Below, piece after piece: positions 13,014 to 24,956 of a DNA stretch of 64,000 bases. Positions within the stretch are counted from its first letter, which is position 1. Every line of letters starts with the position of its first letter. The DNA lies in contig CAVYLN010000002.1 in NCBI GenBank assembly GCA_963769435.1, positions 93,098 through 157,097 of the forward strand, read 5' to 3'. The stretch is from an uncultured Actinomycetota bacterium (GTDB taxonomy: Bacteria; Actinomycetota; Actinomycetes; S36-B12; UBA10799). A program made the position numbers and the translations under genes. Under the pieces are notes generated by a model. The model worked only from the letters and a program-made list of their open reading frames with translations. It made no database searches and was not told the origin of the DNA.

Positions 13014-14419
13014 CAGCCGACCGCCCCTTCCATCTGCAGTTCGATCAGGCGGTTGAGTTCCAGTGCGTACTCCATGGGCAGCTCCCGCGCGATCGGCTCG
13101 ATGAAACCACGCACGATCATCGCCATCGCCTCCTCCTCGCTCATGCCGCGCGACATCAGGTAGAACAACTGGTCCTCACCGATCTTGGACACCGTCGCCT
13201 CATGACCCATCGACACGTCATCCTCACGGATGTCGTTGTACGGATAGGTGTCGGAGCGGCTGACATCGTCGACCAGCAAGGCGTCGCAGCGCACTGTCGA
13301 CTTCGACCCACGGGCACCCGGGTTCACCTGGATCAGGCCCCGGTAGGACGTCCGGCCACCCCCACGTGCCACCGACTTGGAGACGATGGACGAGGACGTG
13401 TTCGGCGCGGCGTGGACCATCTTCGCACCCGCATCCTGATGCTGGTTCTCTCCGGCGAAGGCCACCGAAAGGGTCTCCCCCTTGGCGTGCTCGCCCATCA
13501 GCCACACCGCCGGGTACTTCATGGTGACCTTCGAGCCGAGGTTGCCGTCGATCCACTCCATGGTCGCCCCCTGCTGGGCGATAGCCCGCTTGGTGACCAG
13601 GTTGTAGACGTTGGTGGACCAGTTCTGGATCGTCGTGTACCTGCAGCGGGCGTCCTTCTTGACGATGATCTCCACGACCGCGGAGTGCAGCGAGTCGGTG
13701 GAGTAGATGGGGGCGGTGCAGCCCTCCACGTAGTGCACGTAGGCGCCCTCGTCCACGATGATCAGCGTCCGCTCGAACTGGCCCATGTTCTCGGTGTTGA
13801 TCCGGAAATAGGCCTGCAGCGGAATCTCGACGTGTACGCCCTTCGGCACGTAGATGAATGACCCGCCCGACCAGACGGCGGTGTTCAGTGCGGAGAACTT
13901 GTTGTCTCCGGCCGGGATCACCGAGGCGAAGTGTTCCCGGAAGAGGTCCTCGTGCTCCTTGAGCCCAGTGTCGGTGTCGAGGAAGATGACGCCCTGCTCC
14001 TCGAGATCCTCCCGGATCTTGTGGTAGACGACCTCACTCTCGTACTGCGCCGCGACACCGGCGATCAACCGCTGCTTCTCCGCCTCCGGGATACCGAGCC
14101 GGTCGTAGGTGTTCTTGATGTCCGCGGGCAGTTCGTCCCAGGACGTCGCCTGCTTCTCCGTGGACCGTACGAAGTACTTGATGGAGTCGAAGTTGATCGT
14201 CGACAGATCCGCACCCCAGGTCGGCATCGGCTTCTTCTCGAAAAGACGCAGACCTTTCAGCCGCATCTCCAGCATCCACTCGGGCTCGTTCTTGAGCGCC
14301 GAGATCTCGCGCACGACATCCTCGCTGAGACCACGCTTGGCAATCGCTCCGGCGGCGTCAGAATCGCTCCAGCCGTAGTCGTACCGGTCGAGGCCTGCGA
14401 GTTGATCGAGGTCACTCAT
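13013..14419 (-). CDS. sufB: Fe-S cluster assembly protein SufB
   Basis: Begins [19 protein letters not shown] and contains ..[45 protein letters not shown]... The ATG at 14419 is preceded by AGGA. Confidence 0.95.
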   Translation of the reverse strand: MSDLDQLAGLDRYDYGWSDSDAAGAIAKRGLSEDVVREISALKNEPEWMLEMRLKGLRLFEKKPMPTWGADLSTINFDSIKYFVRSTEKQATSWDELPADIKNTYDRLGIPEAEKQRLIAGVAAQYESEVVYHKIREDLEEQGVIFLDTDTGLKEHEDLFREHFASVIPAGDNKFSALNTAVWSGGSFIYVPKGVHVEIPLQAYFRINTENMGQFERTLIIVDEGAYVHYVEGCTAPIYSTDSLHSAVVEIIVKKDARCRYTTIQNWSTNVYNLVTKRAIAQQGATMEWIDGNLGSKVTMKYPAVWLMGEHAKGETLSVAFAGENQHQDAGAKMVHAAPNTSSSIVSKSVARGGGRTSYRGLIQVNPGARGSKSTVRCDALLVDDVSRSDTYPYNDIREDDVSMGHEATVSKIGEDQLFYLMSRGMSEEEAMAMIVRGFIEPIARELPMEYALELNRLIELQMEGAVG

Positions 14420-15105
14420 GAGGAGATCCTTTCGGTTGGGGCGTCGACCGCGTGAGCAGACGACGGTGAGACCAGACAGGTACAGACCCCGTCGCCGTGG
14501 GCGATCGTGGCCAAGCGTGTGACATTGGTCCCCAGCAGGCGCGCGAAGGCCGCAGCCTCCGCGTCGCACAACTGCGGGAATTCATGGGCGGCCTGCGACA
14601 CGGGGCAGTTGTGCTGGCAGACCTGTAGAACGTCGGTCGGTCCCTCCTCGACCGAGGCGGCGTACCCATCCGAACTGAGCAGTTCCGCGAGGCGCTCGGC
14701 ACGAGCCTGTGGATCATCGAGTCCCTCAAGTTCGGGCCGGTACCGCTGTTCGAGGTCGTCGGCCCGGCGGGCGGCGAACTCCTCGAGCGCCTTCGGCTGC
14801 ACCTGCGCCATGAACCGCATCGCGCTGACGGCGAGGTCGTCATACGCCTGCTCGAAGCGACGACGGCCCGTCTCGGTCAGAGAGTAGATGCGAGCCGGCC
14901 GCCCCCGGCGTGGACCCGGGGTCGGACCGAAAGCGGGACGATCGCCCGACACCACATCGCCGAGGGCTTCGAGTGCGTCGAGGTGTTTGCGGACCCCGGC
15001 CGGGGTGATACCCAAACGGCCCGCCAGATCGGCGGCCGTCGCCGGTCCATCGGTGAGCAGACTGCGCGCGACGCCCTCGCGTCCACTGGTCGGCTCGCTT
15101 TTCAC
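14416..15105 (-). CDS. sufR: SufR-type winged-helix regulator with C-terminal Cys cluster
   Basis: The N-terminal wHTH is [29 protein letters not shown]. The C-terminal cysteines are ..[17 protein letters not shown]... It is the first gene of the suf operon and its stop overlaps the sufB start. GTG at 15105 was chosen; the ORF is open to 15201. Confidence 0.75.
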   Translation of the reverse strand: MKSEPTSGREGVARSLLTDGPATAADLAGRLGITPAGVRKHLDALEALGDVVSGDRPAFGPTPGPRRGRPARIYSLTETGRRRFEQAYDDLAVSAMRFMAQVQPKALEEFAARRADDLEQRYRPELEGLDDPQARAERLAELLSSDGYAASVEEGPTDVLQVCQHNCPVSQAAHEFPQLCDAEAAAFARLLGTNVTRLATIAHGDGVCTCLVSPSSAHAVDAPTERISS

Positions 15106-15140
15106 AACTACATTGTTGCGTAATTCGTTGGAAGTGCAAC
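15105..15140 (-). promoter_or_regulatory. Candidate SufR operator: two adjacent 14-nt palindromes (CAAC-N6-GTTG and GTTG-N6-CAAC)
   Basis: CAAC (15105-15108) tacatt GTTG (15115-15118) and GTTG (15127-15130) gaagtg CAAC (15137-15140) lie directly upstream of, and abutting, the chosen sufR start. Confidence 0.5.
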
Positions 15141-15255
15141 CTCCGGGGTGGGGACCGAGGTTGTTCTGTGCCGCATCGCGCGCGTGCCGCCTCTGGCGCA
15201 CTTGCGTACATTCCGGACATCACCGACGGTTGAGGTACACCCAGGAAAGGTTCCC

Positions 15256-15714
15256 ATGGCCCACTACACCACCACCGTGACGTCGCCGGCCCCCGCGGCC
15301 GACGTGTACGCGTACCTCGCAGACTTCGCCTCCGTCGCCGAATGGGATCCCGGTGTCAGCGCCGCGGAACTTGTCGACGGACAGCCCGGGCACACCGGCG
15401 CCCGGTACCGCGTCACCGCATCGTTCCTGGGTCGATCGATCCCTTTGGAGTACAGGATTCTGGAGTCGGTGGAGCCCACCGAGAAGTTCGCTGGAAGGGT
15501 GGTTCTCGAGGCCGTCACCGCTGACTTCCGCTCTTACGATGTGATCACGGTGGCCCCCACGTCCACGGGCTGCAGCGTCACGTACGACGCGGATCTCGCG
15601 CTGCGGGGACTGCGGCGCCCGTTCGACCCCGCCCTACGTCTGGCATTCAAAGTGATCGGGGACCGAGCCCGGGACGGACTCGACAAGGCTGTCCGGACCC
15701 GGTCCGTTTCGTGA
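15256..15714 (+). CDS. SRPBCC (polyketide cyclase/dehydrase-like) family protein
   Basis: 152 aa: MAHYTTTVTSPAPAADVYAYLADFASVAEWDPGV..YRVTASFLGRSIPLEYRI.., the typical SRPBCC N-terminus. It is divergent from sufR. Confidence 0.7.
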   Translation: MAHYTTTVTSPAPAADVYAYLADFASVAEWDPGVSAAELVDGQPGHTGARYRVTASFLGRSIPLEYRILESVEPTEKFAGRVVLEAVTADFRSYDVITVAPTSTGCSVTYDADLALRGLRRPFDPALRLAFKVIGDRARDGLDKAVRTRSVS

Positions 15715-16643
15715 GCACGCCACGGGTGGTCGACGCCCTGCTGGAAGCCAGTGTTGTGGGTGGTTTCAGCAGGATCGGGTACGAGGTGCGTTCACGCGCC
15801 GCGGATTGGGACAACGACACGGACCTTTCCGGCACACGCGTGCTTCTCACCGGTGGTACCAGTGGCCTCGGTCTGGCCGCCGCCCGTCTGATGTCCCGGG
15901 CGGGGGCCTCGGTCGCCATCACCGGCAGGGATGCTGACCGACTGGACGCCGCTGCGCGCGCGATCGCCGGTGCGGGAGAGCCACCGTTGACGCTGCAGGC
16001 CGATTCGGCGGATCTGACGGCCGTTTCGGACATGTTCGAGCGCGCCGTCGACGGTCTCGGGGGTCTCGACGTGCTGGTGAACAACGCCGGGGCACTCACC
16101 CACCGCTACATGGTGGGTCCCCAAGGGTTCGAGCTCACCTACACCGTGCACGTCCTCGCCCCCTTCCTGCTGACTGCCAGGGCGATCCCCGTCGTGGGTG
16201 TCTCCGGGAAGGTGATCACGGTCTCCTCGGGCGGGATGTACTCCGAACGCCTGGAACCGGACGGCGTCGAGATGACCCGCGACGAGTACGACGGCGTGAG
16301 CGCCTACGCGAAGGCGAAACGTGCCCAAGTCGCGCTGAACGAGGTGTGGGCGCGTCGCTATCCGGATGGCCCCACCTTCGCGGCGATGCACCCGGGTTGG
16401 GCCGACACCCCCGGTGTCCAGGACTCCCTGCCGGGGTTCCGCCGTCTGACCGCGCCGATCCTGCGTACGCCGGAGCAGGGGGCGGACACCGTCGTATGGC
16501 TGGCCGGCCACGAGACACCGTCGGGCCGGTTCTGGCTGGACCGACACCCCCGGTCCACGGTTCGCCTGCCTTGGACGCGCTATCCGGCGGAGGCGGCGGA
16601 CGAACTGTTCGCGCGGGTCTACGAGCAGACCGGGCTCAGCTGA
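15711..16643 (+). CDS. SDR-family oxidoreductase
   Basis: Carries LLTGGTSGLGLAAARLM, ..NNAG.. and ..YAKAKRAQV (YxxxK). A GTGA overlap links it to the upstream gene. Confidence 0.8.
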   Translation: MSTPRVVDALLEASVVGGFSRIGYEVRSRAADWDNDTDLSGTRVLLTGGTSGLGLAAARLMSRAGASVAITGRDADRLDAAARAIAGAGEPPLTLQADSADLTAVSDMFERAVDGLGGLDVLVNNAGALTHRYMVGPQGFELTYTVHVLAPFLLTARAIPVVGVSGKVITVSSGGMYSERLEPDGVEMTRDEYDGVSAYAKAKRAQVALNEVWARRYPDGPTFAAMHPGWADTPGVQDSLPGFRRLTAPILRTPEQGADTVVWLAGHETPSGRFWLDRHPRSTVRLPWTRYPAEAADELFARVYEQTGLS

Positions 16644-16686
16644 CGGCCCGGCCTGCGCCGGTGTCCGGGGCACATACGATGGCATC

Positions 16687-17577
16687 GTGAGCGCGGTCGA
16701 CATCCAGGGCTTGGTCGTCGCGTACGGCGCTCGACCCGCGGTGGACGGCCTGGATCTCTGCGTGGAGGCCGGCAGCATCTGTGTTCTGCTGGGACCCAAC
16801 GGGGCCGGGAAGACCACGACCCTGCGGGTTCTACTCGGGCTTCACCGCGCAACGGCGGGAACTGTCCGGATCCTCGACCGGGAGCCGGGTGACGAATCTT
16901 TGCGCGCCACAGTCGGAGTCCTCCTGCAGGACGGTGGCCTGCCCGTGGCGGCGACGCCGGCGGCGATCGTCGGGCACTTCGCCTCCCTTTACGCCGATCC
17001 CCTGCCCGTCCCGGCCGTCATCGAGCGGCTCGGCCTGATGGAGCTCGACCGCCCCTACCGCCGGTTGTCCGGGGGTGAGCAACAGCGTGTCAAACTGGCG
17101 GTCGCCCTGATCGGCAGGCCCAGCCTGCTCGTACTCGACGAACCCACCACCGGGATGGACCCGGCTGCTCGACGGGTCTTCTGGACTCTGATGGACGAGA
17201 TCCGGGAGCAGGGCGTCACAACGCTGCTCACAACCCACCAGCCGGATGAGGCGGGGACCCGCGCGGACCAGGTCGCCGTGATCAACCGCGGCCGCGTGAT
17301 CGCAGATGCCCCGCCGGCGGATCTGATCGAACAGGCGCCCGTCTGGTTCACGTGCGCCCGGCATCTGGACCTCACACCGTTGCGGCAGGTGCTCGGCGAG
17401 ACCTTCGCCGTGGTGGAGGTCGAACCTGGGCGTTATCGGGTGACCGGGGACGTGGGGGTGGCGGAGGTGACCGCCATCAAGGCATGGGCGGCCGGGCACG
17501 GCAGTCGCCAGGAGGTCGTCGTGGTACGCACGCTGGAAGAGGCTTACCTCGACCTGACCGGGGGGGCGGCATGGTGA
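16687..17577 (+). CDS. ABC transporter ATP-binding protein (ABC-2/DrrA type)
   Basis: Carries GPNGAGKTTTLRVL, LSGGEQQRVKLAVAL and [12 protein letters not shown]. Confidence 0.9.
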   Translation: MSAVDIQGLVVAYGARPAVDGLDLCVEAGSICVLLGPNGAGKTTTLRVLLGLHRATAGTVRILDREPGDESLRATVGVLLQDGGLPVAATPAAIVGHFASLYADPLPVPAVIERLGLMELDRPYRRLSGGEQQRVKLAVALIGRPSLLVLDEPTTGMDPAARRVFWTLMDEIREQGVTTLLTTHQPDEAGTRADQVAVINRGRVIADAPPADLIEQAPVWFTCARHLDLTPLRQVLGETFAVVEVEPGRYRVTGDVGVAEVTAIKAWAAGHGSRQEVVVVRTLEEAYLDLTGGAAW

Positions 17578-18323
17578 CTCTGGACCTTCGCACGCCCAGC
17601 GGGGCCGCGCCACCTGTTCGAAGGGTCGTCAGTCAGGCGATCTTCGACACCCGCAATGTGCTGCGCAACGGCGAGAACCTCCTGCTGACACTCGTCGATC
17701 CCGGTGGCCGTGCTCGTGATCGGACTGACGACTCCGCTGGGCAGACGACCGCAGCCGCCGCCGAAGTGCTCGTGGGCGCCATCGGGTTGGGGGTGCTGGC
17801 CAGCGCGTTCACCTCCCAGGCCATCAGCACCGGCTTCGACCGTCGTTACGGGGTCCTGTGCATGCTGGGCCTGTCCCCGCTGGGAGCGCGCGGTTTGTTG
17901 GCCGCCCGGGCCGCGGTCAGCCTGCTCATCATCACCGGCCAGTCGGCCATCCTGCTCGCGCTGACGTGGATCCTCGCCGGCTGGACGTCGACCGACGCCG
18001 CGCAGATCGCCCAATCCGTGCTGGGGATCCTGCTGGCGGTCTGGGCGTTCACCGCGTGGGCGCTCTTCGTCGCCGGTGCACTGCGCGCCGAGGCCACACT
18101 GGCGGTGTCGAACGCGATCTTCCTGTTGTTGATGTTCGGCGGCGGTCTGGCCGTTCCCGTCGACGCCCTTCCCTGGGAGTCCGCGGCGCAGTGGCTGCCG
18201 ACAGGGGCCCTCGTGGCGAGCATGTCGGTGGATCCCCTGGCATGGGTCCCGCTGTGCGTCCTGATCGGATGGGCCGTGGCCGGGACCGCACTGGCGACCC
18301 GCTACTTCCGCTGGGAAGCGTGA
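17571..18323 (+). CDS. ABC-2 type transporter permease
   Basis: The ATG overlaps the ATPase stop (ATGGTGA). The product is about 250 aa with six hydrophobic segments, and the gene sits between the ATPase and ctaA as in other actinobacteria. Confidence 0.75.
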   Translation: MVTLDLRTPSGAAPPVRRVVSQAIFDTRNVLRNGENLLLTLVDPGGRARDRTDDSAGQTTAAAAEVLVGAIGLGVLASAFTSQAISTGFDRRYGVLCMLGLSPLGARGLLAARAAVSLLIITGQSAILLALTWILAGWTSTDAAQIAQSVLGILLAVWAFTAWALFVAGALRAEATLAVSNAIFLLLMFGGGLAVPVDALPWESAAQWLPTGALVASMSVDPLAWVPLCVLIGWAVAGTALATRYFRWEA

Positions 18324-18437
18324 CCCCGGGCCAGCCAGTGGTGCGTGCCCGCCGCAGCCGATCGCGGTCGTCGCCGTTGGTGCGTTTTGCGCCACCTGGT
18401 GGTCGGCGCGGGTGTTGCACCCACGTACGCTCGAACA

Positions 18438-19391
18438 GTGGCACTCGACACCGCCGAGGAATCGGTTGACCTGCCGCTGAGCGCAGTGGCCCCGTCCTGG
18501 CTGCGGCGCATCTTCTGGGCGAATCTCGTGGCCCAGGTGGGGATCGTCATCACCGGCGGGATCGTGCGCGTCACGGGCTCCGGGCTGGGGTGTCCGACCT
18601 GGCCGGAGTGTGTCGACGGATCCATCACCCCCACCTCACAACAGACCGAGACCTGGCAGAAGTACGTGGAGTTCGGCAACCGCACCCTGACCGGGGTGCT
18701 GCTGCTACTGGCCGTCGCGGCGGTTGCCGGGGCGTTCGGGTGGCGGCGCCGATCCGGGGTTCACCGTCCGTGGTTGATGGTGCTCGCGGCGATCCCACTG
18801 CTGGGAACCGTCGCACAGGCGCTATTGGGCGGGGTCACCGTTCTGGTCGATCTGCACCCGATGGCTGTCGCCAGTCATCTGTTGCTGTCCATGGCCGTCA
18901 TCGCGGGGTGTGTGGCACTGGTCCAGTTCGCGGCAGAACCCGCCGATCCGCCCGGGCAGGCGGCGACCCGCTCAGTCACCCGCTACCTGGGCGATGCGCT
19001 GATCGCGACGACGGCGGTGGTCATTGTGCTCGGCACCGTGGTGACCGGTTCGGGTCCGCACGCCGGGGACTCCCGCACCGTGCGCCTGGACCTCGACCCC
19101 CGGCTGGTCAGTTGGCTGCACGCCGATGTGGTCCTGCTGTTCATAGGTCTGCTCGTCGGCATGCTCGCGCTGCTGTACGTCGACGACCCCGGAGGACCAG
19201 CGCGGCGACGTGCCTGGTGGGTCGTCGGATTCGCCTTGTTCCAGGCGGGGATCGGCTACGTGCAGTACTTCACGGGTTTGCCATGGGTGCTGGTCACGCT
19301 TCACCTTCTGGGAGCCTGCCTGGTGTGGGTGGGGGTGTGGCGACTACGTCTCAGCCTCACCCGGCGGGAAGTGGCGTCAGCTCTCCGGTGA
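18438..19391 (+). CDS. ctaA: Heme A synthase (COX15/CtaA family)
   Basis: Carries ..VRVTGSGLGCPTWPEC.. and ..YVEFGNRTLTG.. in a multi-TM protein with conserved His residues. GTG at 18438 was chosen inside ORF 18345..19391. Confidence 0.8.
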   Translation: MALDTAEESVDLPLSAVAPSWLRRIFWANLVAQVGIVITGGIVRVTGSGLGCPTWPECVDGSITPTSQQTETWQKYVEFGNRTLTGVLLLLAVAAVAGAFGWRRRSGVHRPWLMVLAAIPLLGTVAQALLGGVTVLVDLHPMAVASHLLLSMAVIAGCVALVQFAAEPADPPGQAATRSVTRYLGDALIATTAVVIVLGTVVTGSGPHAGDSRTVRLDLDPRLVSWLHADVVLLFIGLLVGMLALLYVDDPGGPARRRAWWVVGFALFQAGIGYVQYFTGLPWVLVTLHLLGACLVWVGVWRLRLSLTRREVASALR

Positions 19392-20200
19392 GCCAGTCCC
19401 GGACCGCACGCGCAAGGGTGTCGGCGGTGCGGTCGTCCAGGAAGAGGCGTGGACCCACAGCCTCGAACCTCTTCAGCAGCCACTGACCGCCGTCATCGAC
19501 CGCGTCCACGCGCGCGTAGAGCAGTGGCTCGGGGGCCGCGACCGGGACCACGGCCTCCACGAAGTCGCTCAAACCGGACTCGATGTCCAGAGGTACCGGG
19601 CCGGTGCTCGGATCGGTCAGTACGCACAACCGCGTGCGAGACGCGACCACCCAGCAGGATCACGGAGACCATCGGCTCCTCCGCGTCCTGCTGTATGGAA
19701 CCGACGGCTCCCCGAGCAGCGAACTCTCCCGCCACACGGGCGGCGTCGTCGGGAGTGTGCGACACCTGAGGCAGGGGATGACCAGTGTTCGGCTGGACCG
19801 CGAAGCGCCCCCAGCCCTTGTCCTGAAGGATCTGGGCGCACTGGTCCACCGAGTCACCGGGCTCGAACCACACGGTATCGACGGTGCTCACGCCGCGACC
19901 CGCGAAGTCCCGTAGGTAGGTGAGGTCCGAGTTGCGCGCCAGTACGACAGCCGGATTGGCCAGTCGGGTCTGTTCCTCGATATGGCGGGCATTTCGGAGG
20001 AACTGTTGCCGTCGCGAGCCGGCAGCCTCCTCCCCCGAACGCATCAGGACGAGGTCGAAATCCGACCAGTCGACCTCGGCGTCCCACGCAACCGGCACAG
20101 CATCGAACCGGGCCCGCTGCAGCGCCGCCAAGGCCGGAGTGCGATCCGGGTCCGACTGGTCCGGCCCCGCCTGGGCGACATAGGCGATCCGGGGTTGCAT
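19357..20200 (-). pseudogene. ATP-grasp-like protein, frameshifted (two overlapping ORFs)
   Basis: The N-terminal ORF (MQPRIAYVAQAG..PMVSVILLGGRVSHAVV) continues in the +1 frame as ..LTDPSTGPVPLDIE..PLLYARVDAVDDGGQWLLKRFEAVGPRLFL... The span is 844 nt (3n+1). The family call is tentative. Confidence 0.5.
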
Positions 20201-21111
20201 CAGCCAAGAAGCAGGGGATCGAGAGCCACGACCAGGAACAGCAACGCGAGATACGTGATCGACCAGTGGAACAGACGCATGGGCCGCGGGTCCTCATCGC
20301 GGCGGGTCCGTCGGCGCAGCGCGACAGCCTCCCACACGAACACGAGTCCCAGCAGCAGGGCACTCACGCTGTAGATCCAACCCATGGGGGCCACCGGCAC
20401 CAGCGCCAACGACGCCACCACAGTGGCCACCGAGTACCAGACGATCTGGTCCGCGACCCGGCGGGCGTCCGCCACCACCGGCAGCATCGGCACGCCCGCG
20501 TTCCCGTAGTCCTCACGGAACCGCAGTGACAGAGGCCAGTAGTGCGGCGGGGTCCACAAGAAGATCACGGCGAACAGCACCCAGGGCGCCCAGGACAAAT
20601 GACCCGTGACCGCTGCCCATCCGATGAGCACCGGGAAGCAGCCGGCCGCGCCGCCCCAGACGATGTTCTGGGACGTCCGCCGCTTGAGGATCATCGTGTA
20701 GCCCACGACATACAGGAAGATCGCGAGACCGGCCAAGCCGGCTGCCAGCAGATTGGTTGTCAGCGCCAGCCACACCACGGAGATGGCGCTCAGCGCACTG
20801 CCGAACGCCCACCCCGCAACCGGGCTGATGGCGCCGGTGACCATGGGCCGGCCGCTCGTGCGCTTCATCACCGAGTCGATGTCACGGTCGTAGACACTGT
20901 TCATCGAGTTCGCGCCTGCGGCGGCGAGCGCCCCACCGACGAGTGTCGCCATCAGTGTCGAGACCGGCGGCAGCCCACCGGCGGCGAGCACCATGGTGGG
21001 CACGGTGGTGACCAGCAGGAGTTCGATGATCCGTGGCTTCGTGAGCGCAACGTAGGCACGCCACCTACTCGAACCGACCCCGGTGCGGGTCTCGACGTCG
21101 GTGCTGGCCAC
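20200..21111 (-). CDS. ctaB: Protoheme IX farnesyltransferase (heme O synthase)
   Basis: Carries ..YVALTKPRIIELLLVTTVPTM..NSVYDRDIDSVMKRTSGRP.. in a UbiA-type multi-TM protein. Confidence 0.9.
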   Translation of the reverse strand: MASTDVETRTGVGSSRWRAYVALTKPRIIELLLVTTVPTMVLAAGGLPPVSTLMATLVGGALAAAGANSMNSVYDRDIDSVMKRTSGRPMVTGAISPVAGWAFGSALSAISVVWLALTTNLLAAGLAGLAIFLYVVGYTMILKRRTSQNIVWGGAAGCFPVLIGWAAVTGHLSWAPWVLFAVIFLWTPPHYWPLSLRFREDYGNAGVPMLPVVADARRVADQIVWYSVATVVASLALVPVAPMGWIYSVSALLLGLVFVWEAVALRRRTRRDEDPRPMRLFHWSITYLALLFLVVALDPLLLG

Positions 21112-21159
21112 CCCAGCAGACTACCGTGACCGGTCCGGCCCCGGGCAAGCCCGGCACGC

Positions 21160-22293
21160 GTGCCCAGGCATCGGCCCCCGGGTCTGCGCAAACGCCGGAT
21201 CCCCGACCCGGGCTTGCGACACAGTGGTGGTGTGCCCGAAGATCTCGCGCTCTCCCCCGCAAACCGTGCCATCGGAAAACTCCTCTCGCTGCCCGCGCCA
21301 TGGATCGAGCGCCTCGCCGGTGGACCGCCACCGAGTGTCGACGGCCGGACGTTGGCGCCGTCGGTCCATCTCATCGTCGCCAGCCTGGATCGCGTCGATG
21401 TCACCGGCACGGGCGACGACGTGCGTAAACGCCGCACGGATATGCGCAGGTCGGCCCGATTGGTGATGCCGACCGCGCGCGGGGTACGTGTGTACGAGAC
21501 GTCGATGCCCGGACCTGAATCCGCGATCCCCCTGCGCGTCTATCGCAGTCACCGAGCCGTGGGTCCGGTCCCCGCCATCGTGTACTTCCACGGTGGCGGC
21601 TGGGTGGTGGGCGATCTGGACAGCCATGACGGAACCTGCCGGATGCTGGCTGTGCACTCCGGGTGTGTGGTCGTCTCTGTGGACTACCGCCTCGCGCCCG
21701 AGTCGCCTTTCCCCGCCGCACTGGAGGACGCCGCCGCCGCTTTCGGCTACGTGCACGATCACCCGCAACTATTCACCGCGATCCCCGGTGCGGTCGCCGT
21801 CATGGGGGACAGCGCCGGAGGCAACCTGGCCGCTGCCTTGGCGCTGCTGCGCAGACAGGACGGCCCCGTGCCGATCGCACAGGCCCTGGTGTATCCGGCC
21901 ACGGACCTTACGATGAGTGCCCAGTCGATCGAGACGTTCGCCTCCGGATTCCTGCTGACCAAGGCGGACATGCTCTGGTACCGCGGGCATTACCTGCCGG
22001 ACCCATCCTTGGCCCGCGACCCCCGCGTCTCCCCACTACTGGCCGAAGACCTCTCCGGTGCCCCACCGGCCGCGATCTTCACGGCGGGATTCGACCCGCT
22101 GCGCGACGAGGGCATGGCCTACGCCGCCCGCCTGCGGGAAGCCGGCACCGAGGTCAGCCATACCTGTTTCGACGATCAGGTCCACGGCTTCTTGGGTATG
22201 GGGGTCCTGCCAGGGGGCAAGGAGAGGATCGAGAAGGTGGCCCGGGAGGTGGGCGAACTCGTCCACCGGTCATCCGCGGCTCTGGCGGGCTGA
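21160..22293 (+). CDS. Alpha/beta hydrolase (HSL/esterase-lipase family)
   Basis: Has the oxyanion motif VYFHGGGWVVGD, the nucleophile elbow GDSAGGNLAA, and a C-terminal ..DPLRDEG..DQVHGF... The start is uncertain. Confidence 0.8.
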   Translation: MPRHRPPGLRKRRIPDPGLRHSGGVPEDLALSPANRAIGKLLSLPAPWIERLAGGPPPSVDGRTLAPSVHLIVASLDRVDVTGTGDDVRKRRTDMRRSARLVMPTARGVRVYETSMPGPESAIPLRVYRSHRAVGPVPAIVYFHGGGWVVGDLDSHDGTCRMLAVHSGCVVVSVDYRLAPESPFPAALEDAAAAFGYVHDHPQLFTAIPGAVAVMGDSAGGNLAAALALLRRQDGPVPIAQALVYPATDLTMSAQSIETFASGFLLTKADMLWYRGHYLPDPSLARDPRVSPLLAEDLSGAPPAAIFTAGFDPLRDEGMAYAARLREAGTEVSHTCFDDQVHGFLGMGVLPGGKERIEKVAREVGELVHRSSAALAG

Positions 22294-22358
22294 CAGGACG
22301 CGACCCGGGCCCCGCACGCTATACGCTCGTGGATCGAGACGCCTGAGAGGACAGACAG

Positions 22359-24401
<2,043 letters not shown>

Positions 24402-24403
24402 GC

Positions 24404-24892
24404 ATGGCTGACACCGGAAAGGCCGACCCCCGCATCTCCGCAGGTCTGATGCTGGCGACCTATGTGGTCGGCGGAGTCGGCCTGGCACTGGCCTTCGGCA
24501 CCCTGGCTTCGGAATCCCCGGACCTGTCCTGGGCGTGCCTGCTCGCTGTCGGCGCAGCCGGGATCCTGTCCTTCGTCCGGCACTCGGTGTTCCACAGGTC
24601 CGACGCGGCGCGCATGCATTGGGATCTTGGGGTACGCAACAACTTCCAGATCGAGGTGGGCCTGGCCAACCTGGCATGGGGCCTGGTGGCTGTGCTGGCG
24701 GTGGTCCTGGAGTGGGGGCTGGCGGTGCAGGCCTCGACATTCCTCGTGTTCGGGTTCTACCTGTTGGGAGTCGCGGCGATGTTGGTCTTCGCCCCCGGCG
24801 GGAGTCGGCGCTCCCCCGGCCCGTTCCTGGCGCTCGCGTCGTTCGGCCTGATGCTCTCGGCAGTGGGCATATGGGCGATGACGCTGGTCTGA
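24404..24892 (+). CDS. Small integral membrane protein (about 5 TM), function unknown
   Basis: 162 aa and hydrophobic (..MLATYVVGGVGLALAF..LLAVGAAGILSF..LAWGLVAVLAVVLEWGL..). It starts 3 nt after the tkt stop, and GC3 bias is consistent with coding. Confidence 0.6.
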   Translation: MADTGKADPRISAGLMLATYVVGGVGLALAFGTLASESPDLSWACLLAVGAAGILSFVRHSVFHRSDAARMHWDLGVRNNFQIEVGLANLAWGLVAVLAVVLEWGLAVQASTFLVFGFYLLGVAAMLVFAPGGSRRSPGPFLALASFGLMLSAVGIWAMTLV

Positions 24893-24956
24893 CCGATCGA
24901 TCTTCACCCGGCGAACACTCACGCACGTCTGTACCGTCGGCACCTAAGGAGGAGCA

